Below are positions 10,282 through 20,880 of a DNA stretch of 64,000 nucleotides, one piece after another (within the stretch, counting starts at the first letter, position 1; each line of letters starts with the position of its first letter). The position numbers and the translations under genes are program-made. This DNA is from Blastocladiella emersonii ATCC 22665 (lineage: Eukaryota > Fungi > Blastocladiomycota). The notes under the pieces were generated by a model. The model did not search any database. It had not been told where the DNA came from and was given only the letters and a program-made list of their open reading frames with translations. The stretch is taken from contig JANHCV010000008.1 of the NCBI GenBank assembly GCA_025594325.1, positions 1,674,001 through 1,738,000 on the forward strand, written 5' to 3'.

Positions 10282-12474
10282 TCAGTGACCCAAGCTCATC
10301 AGAAGTGCAGGTGCAAGGCGCAAAGGCTCAGCTCTATGCCTGAACGTGGAATCCGGAGCGTACAGGAGTGTGGCCAAGTCACTCGAAGTTAGGATACCTT
10401 TGAGGGCACCGTCGGGAAGAGTACTGGTCAACGCCAACGGAACAGGAGCGAGACAGCGATATAGCTCCACGACCAGTCGCGGGTTTTTTAACCTGAGAGT
10501 GACCTGCAGCCAGCTGATTGAGCAAACGCGCCCGCCCAGATCGGCTATGAGCGGCGTGCAACAGGTGTTTGCGAGCTCCAAGTGGAGCGATTCGTCAACA
10601 AATTCCCGAATCGGATGCAAGAACGACTTGGTCAGCCGAGGTGCAGCTGTGCCATCGTGGCCTGCCGGGATAAGAGAAACCAGAGTATCAAATGCCATCA
10701 TCCAAAGGGTATGGTAACTTAGCGGGCAGTTGCGACAGGCCTTCAGAGGAGGAGCATTCTTCAGAACGCCGTGATGTTGGCTGGATAAGTGGGCAGCCAA
10801 CATCGCGCTGAGCAGTTGTGGTGCAGCGCCCGTGCTATGCACAATACCCAGTGCACGGTCACTCAATCCGGGAGATTGGAGTGTCAGCGCGCGAGTAACG
10901 AGATACGAAACAGCGTGAACAGGCGCAACGGACAGGAAGTAACTGCGATTGGATGTCGCAACCAGAGACCGGCACACGAGGAACAAATTGTTGTTTGGGG
11001 GTGTCTCCAGTTCCCAATCGATGAGTTTAAAAAGGGCAAGGAAGTAGTTGACCTCGCTGAGCTCGCAAAACGCCAAAGCAAGGCGGGACATCAGGTCCAC
11101 TGACGACGTTTTGACTGCGAGCTCAATGACACGCTGCTGTAAATGACCGATAGGATGATATCCGACAAGCACATTCTTGAACGCTACAAGTTCATGATGG
11201 TTATTGATCGTCCGCTTCTTTGACAAACTGGGAAGCGTACCCGTGACAAGGATCTCATCCCACGCGGGTGCGCCAACGATTTCCCGCACCTCGTCAAACG
11301 TCGCGTGTTTGTCTCTCCAGAGGGTTGACGGAACCGCAACCGCCCACTCGGATACCGTGAGAATGCCGTGCTCCCAAAGTGGTCCAAACGCGCCAAGGTC
11401 GACAGGGGGACGGTCTTTGAATATGTCGGCGATGTTGCGGCGAGCGGCGGCCACCCGCTCTGGGGTCATGGTAGCCATAATCTTGGTTGGGTGATTTGCG
11501 AGAAGCCGCGCGAGGATGGTAGGATCGCTAGCACGTACCGAGTTTATGAGCGGGCTTTCTTCTACGTCGATCGCCGTGTCTGCCCACCCGCGCGGGATGA
11601 GCCAATTCAGCGGACCAAAGGGGACGTCATCTTTGTCACAAGAACAACTATCCAAATAGTAGCTAAGCGTATAAAGAGTCGGATCAAGGGAGAGGAGCGA
11701 GGCAAGACTGGATTCGTCCATGCCGTACGAATTGCTAAGAAGCTTTAGCAGTAGCGGCCGCCACATCAAAAGGACGATAAACCCGAAGAACTCGGCAAGA
11801 CGCGGCTGTTGGGCAAGACTACGCTCTACTTGTACAAAGTTCTCTTCGCAAGCTTGATCGACAAAGTGCTCCAACCAGCACAAGTTGTGCCATTCGGACC
11901 AGCGAAGCCGCTGTTCCAGTAAGGCAGGGTTACGCTCGACAATACCAACGAGGCACGCACGAAATAGGTCAAACCGGCCTTCTCTGGCCGCATATGTCGC
12001 AATAAGAAGCACAGTTTCAAGCGGTTGGCGGAACGGAGATACACCGCTCTGGCGGTCCGCGTTGCGTGCTACGTGACCAAGCTCAAGTTCGCGACCCGAT
12101 GAGGAAGGCCGGCGGGCGATACGCCCAAGTGTCCATTCGAGCATGACCGCTAGGTGCGCGTCGTAAGCGTTCGTTACTTGCCCTGAGATGCCGCGTAGCG
12201 CGACAGGGAAAGCGCCGGGGTAGCTCAAGGGAGATGTTTTCGCGAGCCAATTGAAATGGTAGTCCCGTGCAAACTTGACAAGGTCACGAAACACCCAAAG
12301 CACCTTGAAGTGGGGGTCGCGGATGATCGAAGACAAGGCGCGCGAAGCAAGAGCGAGAACGAGCCGCGGCTCCGCCAGCGCTACGACGACGAGAAAAAGC
12401 TCGTGCGGCAAGTCGGCAAGCGTCGGCCGTGGGTTTTCGCCGAGCTCCTGAGTCGATTGCATCAAGTGTTTCAT
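10282..12474 (-). CDS. 730-aa orphan protein with an N-terminal F-box-like motif
   Basis: Uninterrupted ORF from ATG 12474. TLADLPHELFLVVV resembles an F-box start. Two paralogues in the window. Confidence 0.7.
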   Translation of the reverse strand: MKHLMQSTQELGENPRPTLADLPHELFLVVVALAEPRLVLALASRALSSIIRDPHFKVLWVFRDLVKFARDYHFNWLAKTSPLSYPGAFPVALRGISGQVTNAYDAHLAVMLEWTLGRIARRPSSSGRELELGHVARNADRQSGVSPFRQPLETVLLIATYAAREGRFDLFRACLVGIVERNPALLEQRLRWSEWHNLCWLEHFVDQACEENFVQVERSLAQQPRLAEFFGFIVLLMWRPLLLKLLSNSYGMDESSLASLLSLDPTLYTLSYYLDSCSCDKDDVPFGPLNWLIPRGWADTAIDVEESPLINSVRASDPTILARLLANHPTKIMATMTPERVAAARRNIADIFKDRPPVDLGAFGPLWEHGILTVSEWAVAVPSTLWRDKHATFDEVREIVGAPAWDEILVTGTLPSLSKKRTINNHHELVAFKNVLVGYHPIGHLQQRVIELAVKTSSVDLMSRLALAFCELSEVNYFLALFKLIDWELETPPNNNLFLVCRSLVATSNRSYFLSVAPVHAVSYLVTRALTLQSPGLSDRALGIVHSTGAAPQLLSAMLAAHLSSQHHGVLKNAPPLKACRNCPLSYHTLWMMAFDTLVSLIPAGHDGTAAPRLTKSFLHPIREFVDESLHLELANTCCTPLIADLGGRVCSISWLQVTLRLKNPRLVVELYRCLAPVPLALTSTLPDGALKGILTSSDLATLLYAPDSTFRHRAEPLRLAPALLMSLGH

Positions 12475-13029
12475 GAAAGTGGTGTGTGTAGCAAGAGGCA
12501 GGGGGAGGGGGGAAGAAAGCTCAAGGACGCCACCGTGGCGCCACACGCGGCGGAGTGACCAACGCGAAGCGCGCGCTTCGCTCTCTGCTGGCCGGCTCCA
12601 CTCCACCGGCCCCTCCGCCTCTCCTCGCACTCACATGCTACCTCAAAGAAACCTCGACCCTTCTTGCTTGGGTTACTGGGTGTGTGCTTGGCTACATATC
12701 TCGCCCACAGGATCGTCGAGCCAACAGGGTGACGACAGTAGCTGCCTTCCTCCCAACCTGTAGATCCGTGCACCGCCTCAGCGTTCGACGCCCTGGTTCA
12801 CGGTCGTCCATTGATCGACGCATCGCTCGATCACGACTCCAGCTCCACGTTTGTTTTTTCGCGGCTCACGTTTTCTTTGCCTCCTCTCGAGTCGGATGAA
12901 CACACGGTGAAAGCATCCCGGGTTACCCGGAGTAAAAACAGGGCGAGATGGAGCCTGAGTGGTGGACCGCCACGAGTCGCGAGACGCGAGACGCGAGGAG
13001 GGAGGCGCGTCGATCAATCACGCCCGGGC

Positions 13030-13035
13030 CACGTG
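13030..13035. promoter_or_regulatory. CACGTG box upstream of DUF4470 copy A
   Basis: 84 bp before ATG 13119; CGAGACGCGAGACGCGA nearby. Confidence 0.4.
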
Positions 13036-13118
13036 AGGAGCCTTCCCGCGCGTCAAGCCGATCGCCCTTTCTTCTCTCGTCGCGCTCTTCCTGTTGTCCT
13101 CTCGAGGATCGCACTACC

Positions 13119-16100
13119 ATGAAGCAGAAGAAAGGAAAGTCGTCCAAGGCTCACCGCAAGTCCGCCGGCGGCCTTGTTGCTGCCGCCAGCCACGGCGAGG
13201 ACCTGACGTCGGGCCCGCCCGCTGCGTCCTCAGTCCCCCTCGCACCGCCAACGCAGACAAGCGCGACTCTAGCGCTTGACGAGGACACGGACCCGTATCT
13301 TCCCTACGGCAAGTCGTTCCCGCGCGATCTGCTTCTGTACCACAACCCACGCGAGAGCAAGCACCTCGGCGTGCTCGTCTTCCAGTGCGGCGATCTGCGC
13401 GACGTGGCGCACACGGTCGGCGAGGCCGAGCGCAAGTACGGCACCGCGAACCTCGACTTTGTGCTGAGCGACACCCACTTTGAGGTTTTCGCACGCAACC
13501 TGCTCGTCCTGCGTGCCGTGGCGCAGACCAAGATTGCCGACCGCGAAGCTGTCTCGGCGCTCACTCGCCATGTCGGTCAGCTCACCTACTCCAACTACCT
13601 CGACCCGGCGACGCGCGCGTTCTGGGCCGAGCAGATGCGCGGGTGCCTCGCGACTGACTGGACCGCGCCCGACGCCCAGGTCCGCGTTCTCGACGACGCG
13701 ACACGACGCGGGGTGCGTGCCTGCTGGGAGTCGTGGCTCGCCGTCGATTGGTCGCCCGCCAAGTTTGACCAGGCCCGAACTGCTTTCTACGACACGGCGC
13801 GCGCCCGCAAGGGTGCTAGCACCGCGGCACACGCCAACTTTGCCGTGGCCAAAGTACTGCAGCGCTTGCGTAGCTTACATGCATGGAAGTGGGAGTACTG
13901 GTTGAAGCATCACGGCGAGCCTATTAACCTCGAGCTCGAACTGCGCTCAATCGCGACCGAGGGTAACTTCTTCCTCGATCGCAGCGGTGCCAGCAAGCCT
14001 ACGCCGCCCGTTGTGAACCCAACTATGCTTGTCACTGCGTACGCAGACTGCGAGCCTGGCTTGGTCCGCTTCTCTGCCCGCTTCGGCTTGACACCGCTCG
14101 ACGTTTTCCACATCGATCCATTCGAAGCTCTTCACATGTGCATGGAGCGCGAACTTGCCCAGTGGGTCAACACGCTTGTGGACGTGTTCGGGTCGGACGC
14201 CAGAACTGTGCCGCTTTCGGGATCGTATCCGCCCGTTGCGACTTGGTCGGAGCTCCCACACCCGCCTCGCGCGCAGTTCCGCTGCCGTCTCGCCGTGATC
14301 GGCGGGCACCCGACGTCGGTCATGGAGCAGCTTGTGGCGATGCAGACCGAGGGCCAGGACAGCTACACAGCCATCGAAACGGACCGCGTGCTCCCGCTGT
14401 GGTTCAACGCTGTGCAGGCGGGCACGATCATCGACACGTGCGGCATGCTTAACGTTCTCGTGCACGCGTCGCCGCTCTTGACCACAAACTGGGAGAATGA
14501 CCGGTCGCTTATTCTCACAGCAACTGAGCACATGGCGTCGATCGCTGAGACGCGCCGCGTGTTCCTCCGCCGTACCACGGGGCTTCCGTACCAGGTGATG
14601 CCGACGCTTCTGGGCATCAACTTGTATGACCGGCCGCACACCATTTATTGGGTGTCTCACACGACCCCGTTTGCATGGAGCCCCGAACAGGCTGCAATTG
14701 TTTCCAGTGGCGGTGCGGGTGGCCAACAGGAGTTTACTTTCTACAAGCTTGCCGCCCCGACCATCCCGATCGCGCTTCGCGAGTCTCCATTTCTCATTAA
14801 TACGCTCGTCCGGTGCGCCGAGCTGCTTCTCGGCCCCGACTCCGTTGCCATGGCCGGTCATCGCGGTTCGTTTCACTCTCATGGTGCGGCCAAGGTGGAA
14901 CCCAGTCTAACTTAAACGTAAAACGGTTGTGTAGCCGGCTCACACGCGTCGGCGGCGCTGCTCATCAAGCTGATCGGTTTCGCCATCGCCGCAAGCCGGC
15001 TCACGTGGACAGGCAGCGACGCGCTGCCGTTTGCGCCGTGGCCCGCGATGCCCGAGCTGTGGGACGCGCTGCGCGAGAGCAGGTTCCTCGCCCCGCACCT
15101 CGCCGGGCTTCAGGCACAGGCCATGCTGTACGGCTTTCCAATGAATCTCGCCGGCCGCAAGAAGGGCCTTGAGACGGACTTGTTCCGCGTCGAGGGCATC
15201 CTTGATCCTACTGTACTTAATGCTGCCCGCGCTGCCGCGCCGCTGTCGCTCGTAGTGCTCGAGATTGACCAGGGCGGGATTGTGCATCAGTTCCGCAGCC
15301 TCACCACCAAATTGGTTGACGACGGCACGAAGGTGCGCGTCACCACTTACGTTCCACGCTACGTCGTCGACTGCACTGCCGGCGGCGTTGAGCTGCGCGC
15401 GCGCATCCGCTTTTTGTGTGGGCTGCAGCAGTCGCTGCCCGCCGCCACAAAGTCAGCCCCGCTCTCGAATATTGTAACGGAGATGGTTTCCGTCAACTCG
15501 CGCGCGGGCGTTTACGCAGGCATCAGCTACTTCCCCAACGTCACGCGCTACAACCCCCCCTCCGCGTCGCTTTCATCCGTGCTCAGCCCCTGCCGTGACC
15601 TGGCTGTCATGTCCGCGACCGAGCACGAAACCGTTGTCAAACTTATCCTAGCTGTCCCGCGTGCTTACTTCAACCAATCATTCAAGGGTTCCGATTTCGC
15701 CAAGCGAGTGTTGGGCCAGGGTGCCCTCATGATTTCCTACGACCATGGCAGAAAGATACAGGCCATGCAGCTGCCAAGCGGGCCTGCATATCTCGAGGAC
15801 GTGAAGCCGCTTTCTGGTCGCCCGCATAACCGCGCGCTTATTGTAATTCACCGCAACCTCGCGCCTGCCGAGCCCCTTCTTGACTTTTTGCCGCTGACGC
15901 CCAACCTACCCGACTACTCGGACGCTTACTTGCCCGGCAAGCCCAAAACCACTGTCACGTCAGCCGAGATCGCGGCCCACTCCACACTGCAGATGCTGGC
16001 CCTTGTTGCCTACAAGCGCGAGTGCACGGTCAGAACACTCTCTGAACGTTCCTTGCCCATCACTTACTTTGCGCTGAATCTGTCAATCCAGCAGATATCC

Positions 16101-16727
16101 GCGTACATATCCATGTTCAAGGAGTGCTGGGAGGGCAAACGCGTCATCGAGCTGCTGGACGAGAAACCGGGCGCGTACATGGCCGTACTTCTGCTTCACC
16201 GCGTGTCCGTTATCCCACCCGTCGACACTTCACGCGGATACACTCCCGTGCTCGATTGCAGCTACATCGCGCACACAGGCGACCCGGGCATCCGTGTCGA
16301 CCCAGCCCTCGCTTCCCTGATGTCCCAGATTGCGGGCAAGATGTTGCGCGGCAGTAGCGACGACCGTGAGCTCGTGGCCCAGTTCCGCATGGACCTCGTG
16401 TGTCTGCTTGTCCTCATCGAGCATCTCCGGGTGGCCTCCAAGTCGGCACCATCTAAGGAGATACCCGACGACTGCGGCATCGAGTCCGCGTTCTTCGCGC
16501 GCCTTAAGCCCAAGCTTACGCGGTGCTCCATCATCCAGCCGTACCCGACGCAGGATAAGGACCAGAGCATGAACCCGGACAACGACATTCGCGATCACAA
16601 GCACTACAAGGCAGCCATTGCCGCGATGGCGACGATGGCGGGAGTCCGTAACCCACACGCGGCAACAAGTGCGCGCGCCTCGCGCGGCAGCAGTACCACG
16701 GACTCGCGGATCGTGGAGCTTGATTGA
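13119..16727 (+). CDS. DUF4470-family protein copy A, 1179 aa; exons 13119-14865 and 14935-16727; no MYND finger; ends RIVELD
   Basis: YLPYG...LVFQCGDLRDV...FVLSDTHFEVFARNLLVL matches the DUF4470 N-terminal pattern. Phase-1 intron at the same position as in copies D and E. Confidence 0.8.
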
Positions 16728-17044
16728 GTCCGCTCGTGTTTGAAGATCACGTCAATTGACAAACGTAGCATGTTTCATGGATATCACGCCCACGTGCGAA
16801 ACTTGTCGTCAGGCTGCTCAAATTGCGGGGATGAGCGGGATGACGGAATACATGCTGCAGATAGCACGCAGTAATCTGGCCAGAGAGCGGCAAGCTTAGG
16901 GACCGAAGGTTCGCGAGATGCGTCGAGATATCACGTCTGGCTCGCGTGATGACGCGATCGACGTGTTGGTTTCCCACGCGACGCGTCGCGTAAGGTCGCC
17001 CTCCCTCTCCCTCTCTCGAATCCCCGTCAAGTATCTGCACTACC

Positions 17045-18538
17045 ATGAAGCACAATAAAAAGACTAGCCGCAAACGCGTCGCCAAGGCCGAGGCGACCAC
17101 GATTCCCGACTTCAAAGCCACGGGGACCAAGGAAACCGTGACGATGGACAACAGCTACTTTGCTCCCGTCGTCGAGCCGTCGTTGACCTGCACGACGCTC
17201 GCACTCGATGACACGACCGACCCTTACTTTCCCTATGGCGGCTCGCAGACTCGCGATCTCTTTCTCTTCCACAATCCTCGCTCGTTCGATCGACTTGATG
17301 CACTTGTCCTCGAGTGCGGTGACCTGCGCGACATTGCCCGCACGTACGATGCTGCCAAACGCAAGAACGGCCGGGCCGACCTCAACTTCGTGCTCAGCGA
17401 GTCGCACCCCGAGGTCCTCGCCCGGAATCTTCTCGTCCTGCACGCGATCGGCACTCCCACGGATGCCGCCATGCCTGATCTCACGCGGCACATTGACCAG
17501 CTCACGTACTCGCGCCTTCTCGAGCCCGACACTCGCGACTTTTGGCTTGGACAAATGCGCGCATGTCTGGAAGCGATTTGGACTGACGACGACGCTCGGG
17601 TTCGCCTTTTTGACGACAACACGCTGACTGCTATTCGACACTGCTGGACTTCGTGGCTCGCTTGCGATTGGACGCCTCAGCAGCTTGCTGCTGCGCACGG
17701 CGACCCGGCCGAGCTCCAGATGCTTTTGGATCATCTCGACAAGAAAAGACCCAAGCGCTCGTCCAAGAGTATCCGGAAGGTGACGCTTGCTAGCAATCCG
17801 ATCGTCAATTCCATTGTCAACGACGATGAGGCTTGCTTTTTCCTCAGCAACAAGGATTCGCGGATGAAGCTTGCCGTCAATCCTACCGTCCTTCTTGCTG
17901 GCCCGGACGGTACACTCTCATTCTCTGCCCCTGCTGGCCTGTCGCCGCTCAGCGTCATCTGCGTCAACGAAGACGATATCCGTGGGAGCCTGGACCGCAC
18001 CATCCGCGATTACGTCGCGACTCTCACCGAGGCATTCGGGCCTCGTTCCGACGCGATCCAGTCGCCCTTTTCATCCCGCATCGAGTTCATGGCCGGTCAC
18101 CCGCTCGCTGTCATGGAGAAGCTCGTCTCGTACAAGTTTCCCAGCGACCAGGTTCAGCCAGATCCAGAAGTACACCACCACCTGCTGCGCTTCAACGTGA
18201 TCGAGGCAGGCAACTTGATGGAGACGTGTGGACTTCTGAACCTGCTTACCCACGCGTCGCCGTTGCTTGCAGCCCATCAGGGTCACTGCCACTCGCTTGT
18301 CCGTTCGTGGACAGGCTACGTCAAGTCCGGTCCGAGGTCGCGGCTTGACCTTATTCGCCAGGCTACTGGGCTTCAGCTCGAGGCTTTCCCGACCCTGCTT
18401 GGTCTTGAGCAACAAACGGCGATGCCTGCGAGAACGTCGAGAAGCGTTGGCGAGACTGGTCGGAGCTCGTACGCCTCGGGATTCCGCCAATTGAGGCGCT
18501 TAGGGCGGCCGGGCAGGAGCGGGTCATGTAGCGATTAA
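17045..18538 (+). pseudogene. DUF4470 copy B, 3'-truncated (homology ends near 18410)
   Basis: LVLECGDLRDI...PTLLGL, then unrelated sequence. The whole second exon is missing. Confidence 0.75.
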
Positions 18539-19183
18539 AGCAATGAGTCTGCATCGAGTTCCACACGTGCGGCGCGACGGGGGTGGTAAGCAGAGCAGGA
18601 GCGTTGGTGTGAAGCTCCTCGAGGAGGTGCTTGAGCAGCTTGAGGTCGCTGATGACCGTCAAGAAAATGCAAAGTATGAGAGCGAACGCGAGGGGCGACT
18701 GCGACGGGAGCGGGGGCAGTGGTCCGTCAAGCTTGGAATCCGGATCCGCGCCGATCGCCAGGTTGTCGAAGAGGGAGAGAAGTTCGTCATCCAGAGGCTG
18801 CAAGAGCTGCTCCGAGAGAGCCTCCGTCGAGATCCTAGGTGAGCACGCGCCAGCGACGCGCTGTGCGATCCGGGCGAGGTAGATGGGGGCGATGTGGTGA
18901 TAGTCGTAAAAGCCGATTGGCTCGTGTTCCAGTTCAAGCCGCTCCTTGTAGTTTTTCGCCCGGTACGAGGCAATAATTAAGCAGAGCGCGCGGTAGAACT
19001 GGTGCGCGGGGCTCGTGTTCAATCCGGGAAAGTGGTAGGCAAGCGAGGCATGCCGCCGCCGGCGACTAGCAAAGTTCCAACAAAGAGCGGCGTGCGAAAG
19101 AACTGCGCGGGTAGCCCAATGCATAACAACGGGAGTCTCTGCGGCCGCGGTGGCGAGCACGCGAGACGCGGCGGCAATCATGC
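18420..19183 (-). pseudogene. Internal fragment of a third F-box-like orphan paralogue
   Basis: AAASRVLA...HWATRAV and SQSPLAFALIL...APALL align with ALASRALS...LWVFRDL and PFRQPLETVLL...NPALL of the 12474 gene. Confidence 0.55.
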
Positions 19184-19555
19184 GCCACGGTCGAGGCCCG
19201 CTGGCGCACGCTCAAGCACCACGCGCTTCCGCGCGGCTGCACGCGCAAGAAGTACAAGCACTACTACTTTGCCGAGCACTGGTTCCGACTGCAGCACCGC
19301 GGCGAGGACATTTTCTACGCCATCTGCAACGCGATCCGCGACCTTTGGGCGAACGGGCGTCCCGCTGATCCAGTCTTCCCCTTCCCGTTTGACGTTGCAG
19401 ACGGAGTTCCAGGAAACCCCGACCTCGCTGACGTCTCGCTCTCGGACGACGAGGACGAGGACCCGCTGCGGGCGCAAGATCGCGAGCTCTCGTACGACAG
19501 CGAGCCCGAGGCCGGTACAATCGAGATTGACAGCGATGAGGAATACCTGCCGTGA
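19184..19555 (+). mobile_element. Merlin/IS1595 (ISXO2-like) transposase C-terminal fragment, absent from the ORF track
   Basis: Open frame ATVEARWRTLKHHALPRGCTRKKYKHYYFAEHWFRLQHRGEDIFYAICNAI, then an acidic tail and TGA at 19553-19555. Confidence 0.7.
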
Positions 19556-19952
19556 GTCTCTATTTTGTCTATATTTATTGTTTAATATCTGCTCTCTATT
19601 GATCCGCCTTTCTTACTGATCTCTTTTGCCGTTCATTAATTGTTTGGCGGTGGTGGGAACGCGGGACTTCAATTTAGTTCACTAAGCGGGGTGGATTTTT
19701 TTTGACGCGTTTTGACGCGTTCGGGAGTGACGTCATCGCTGGTGGGGACCGTTTACTGTCGAGCCTTTTCATGTTCCATTGTGCGCGAGTGCTCGTTGTC
19801 GGGAGCGAGCTCGCTCGGACGCGGGGGAGCCGTGTTGAGCTCGGAAAGCCACTTCTGAAGTGGCTGGGTCGGCGCTCGAACGACCTGTCAGGTCAGTCGG
19901 CCAACAGAACCCCGTTCTCGCTCTTCCCGTGCTGCCACGTCCCACACATCAC

Positions 19953-20310
19953 ATGAAGCGAATGAAAAGGAACTCCCCGCAAACGTATCGCAACCAGCCA
20001 GGCATCCGAACCGTTCGAGCCGGTTCACGGCATCTATGCACCCACGCCGGCAGCTGACCCGGTCTCTGAGCCGTCGCTGACGTGTGCGATGCTTGATTCA
20101 AACGACATGGCCGACCTTTGACCTTTGTACCCTTATTGTCGGTCTTACGCGCGCAATCTCGTCTTTCACCACGATCTGACCTCGCCCGACCGATTTGACG
20201 CGCCTCTCTTCCAATGTGCCGACTTGAGCGACGTCACGCGCACCTTGGACGACGCTAAGCTTAAGGATCGCGCAAAGGAGACATGCGATCTCGCGCGCCA
20301 CTTTGGTTAG
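19953..20310 (+). pseudogene. DUF4470 copy C, short degenerate 5' remnant
   Basis: MKRMKR start; EPSLTCAML...*PLYPYCRSYARNLVFHH...LFQCADLSDVTRTLDDAK with a stop and a frameshift. Confidence 0.75.
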
Positions 20311-20772
20311 CTTACGTTCCCGTTCCTTGTCGGGCCCGCCATCCGCGCAACCTTTGGACTGCTCGAGCGTGAATTGGACCAGCGAGGAAGCCCATACCGC
20401 GCGCTTGCTCAAGATGAACTGCGTGTCGTCCGTCGCTGCTGTTGTTCGCGTCGTTGATGATCCTGTAAAAAAATGCCGATTTCTGTCGTTTTTCTATTGT
20501 CGGAAATCCCTTCAAAGGCCCGTTAGCGCGATAGTTGCTGTTGCTCACAGCAAGACCTTCAATCGAAGCACTTGTGCGCGGAGCTCCGTCGCGTGTGGTT
20601 GGCTTGGCGGGATGCAGCGACGTCCGTCGGCAAGGGATGTCTGTCATCGACTGCTTCCGCCTGTCAGAGAATATCATAACGGGAGGGCGTGAAACTTGCA
20701 CTCGATAGGAAGTATCGGTTATATGTCTCGCAGCCGCCTCTTTGAACTGCCCTGCGAGACGCGTCGGGATAT

Positions 20773-20778
20773 CACGTG
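20773..20778. promoter_or_regulatory. CACGTG box upstream of DUF4470 copy D
   Basis: GATATCACGTGA, 103 bp before ATG 20881; GACGCGTC just upstream. Confidence 0.4.
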
Positions 20779-20880
20779 AGGCCCATGTGACGGGTGGCGG
20801 CGATCGGCTCGAGTCCAAACACGGGTCCAAGGGCTCCGCTCGCTGCCTCTCTACGCCACGCCGTCGATGAACCCGCTGCC

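Noticed and set aside
12891-12930. CGGATGA...GAAA with small hairpins, hammerhead-like
   Set aside because: The core reads CGGA rather than CUGA and stem II would be only 2 bp.
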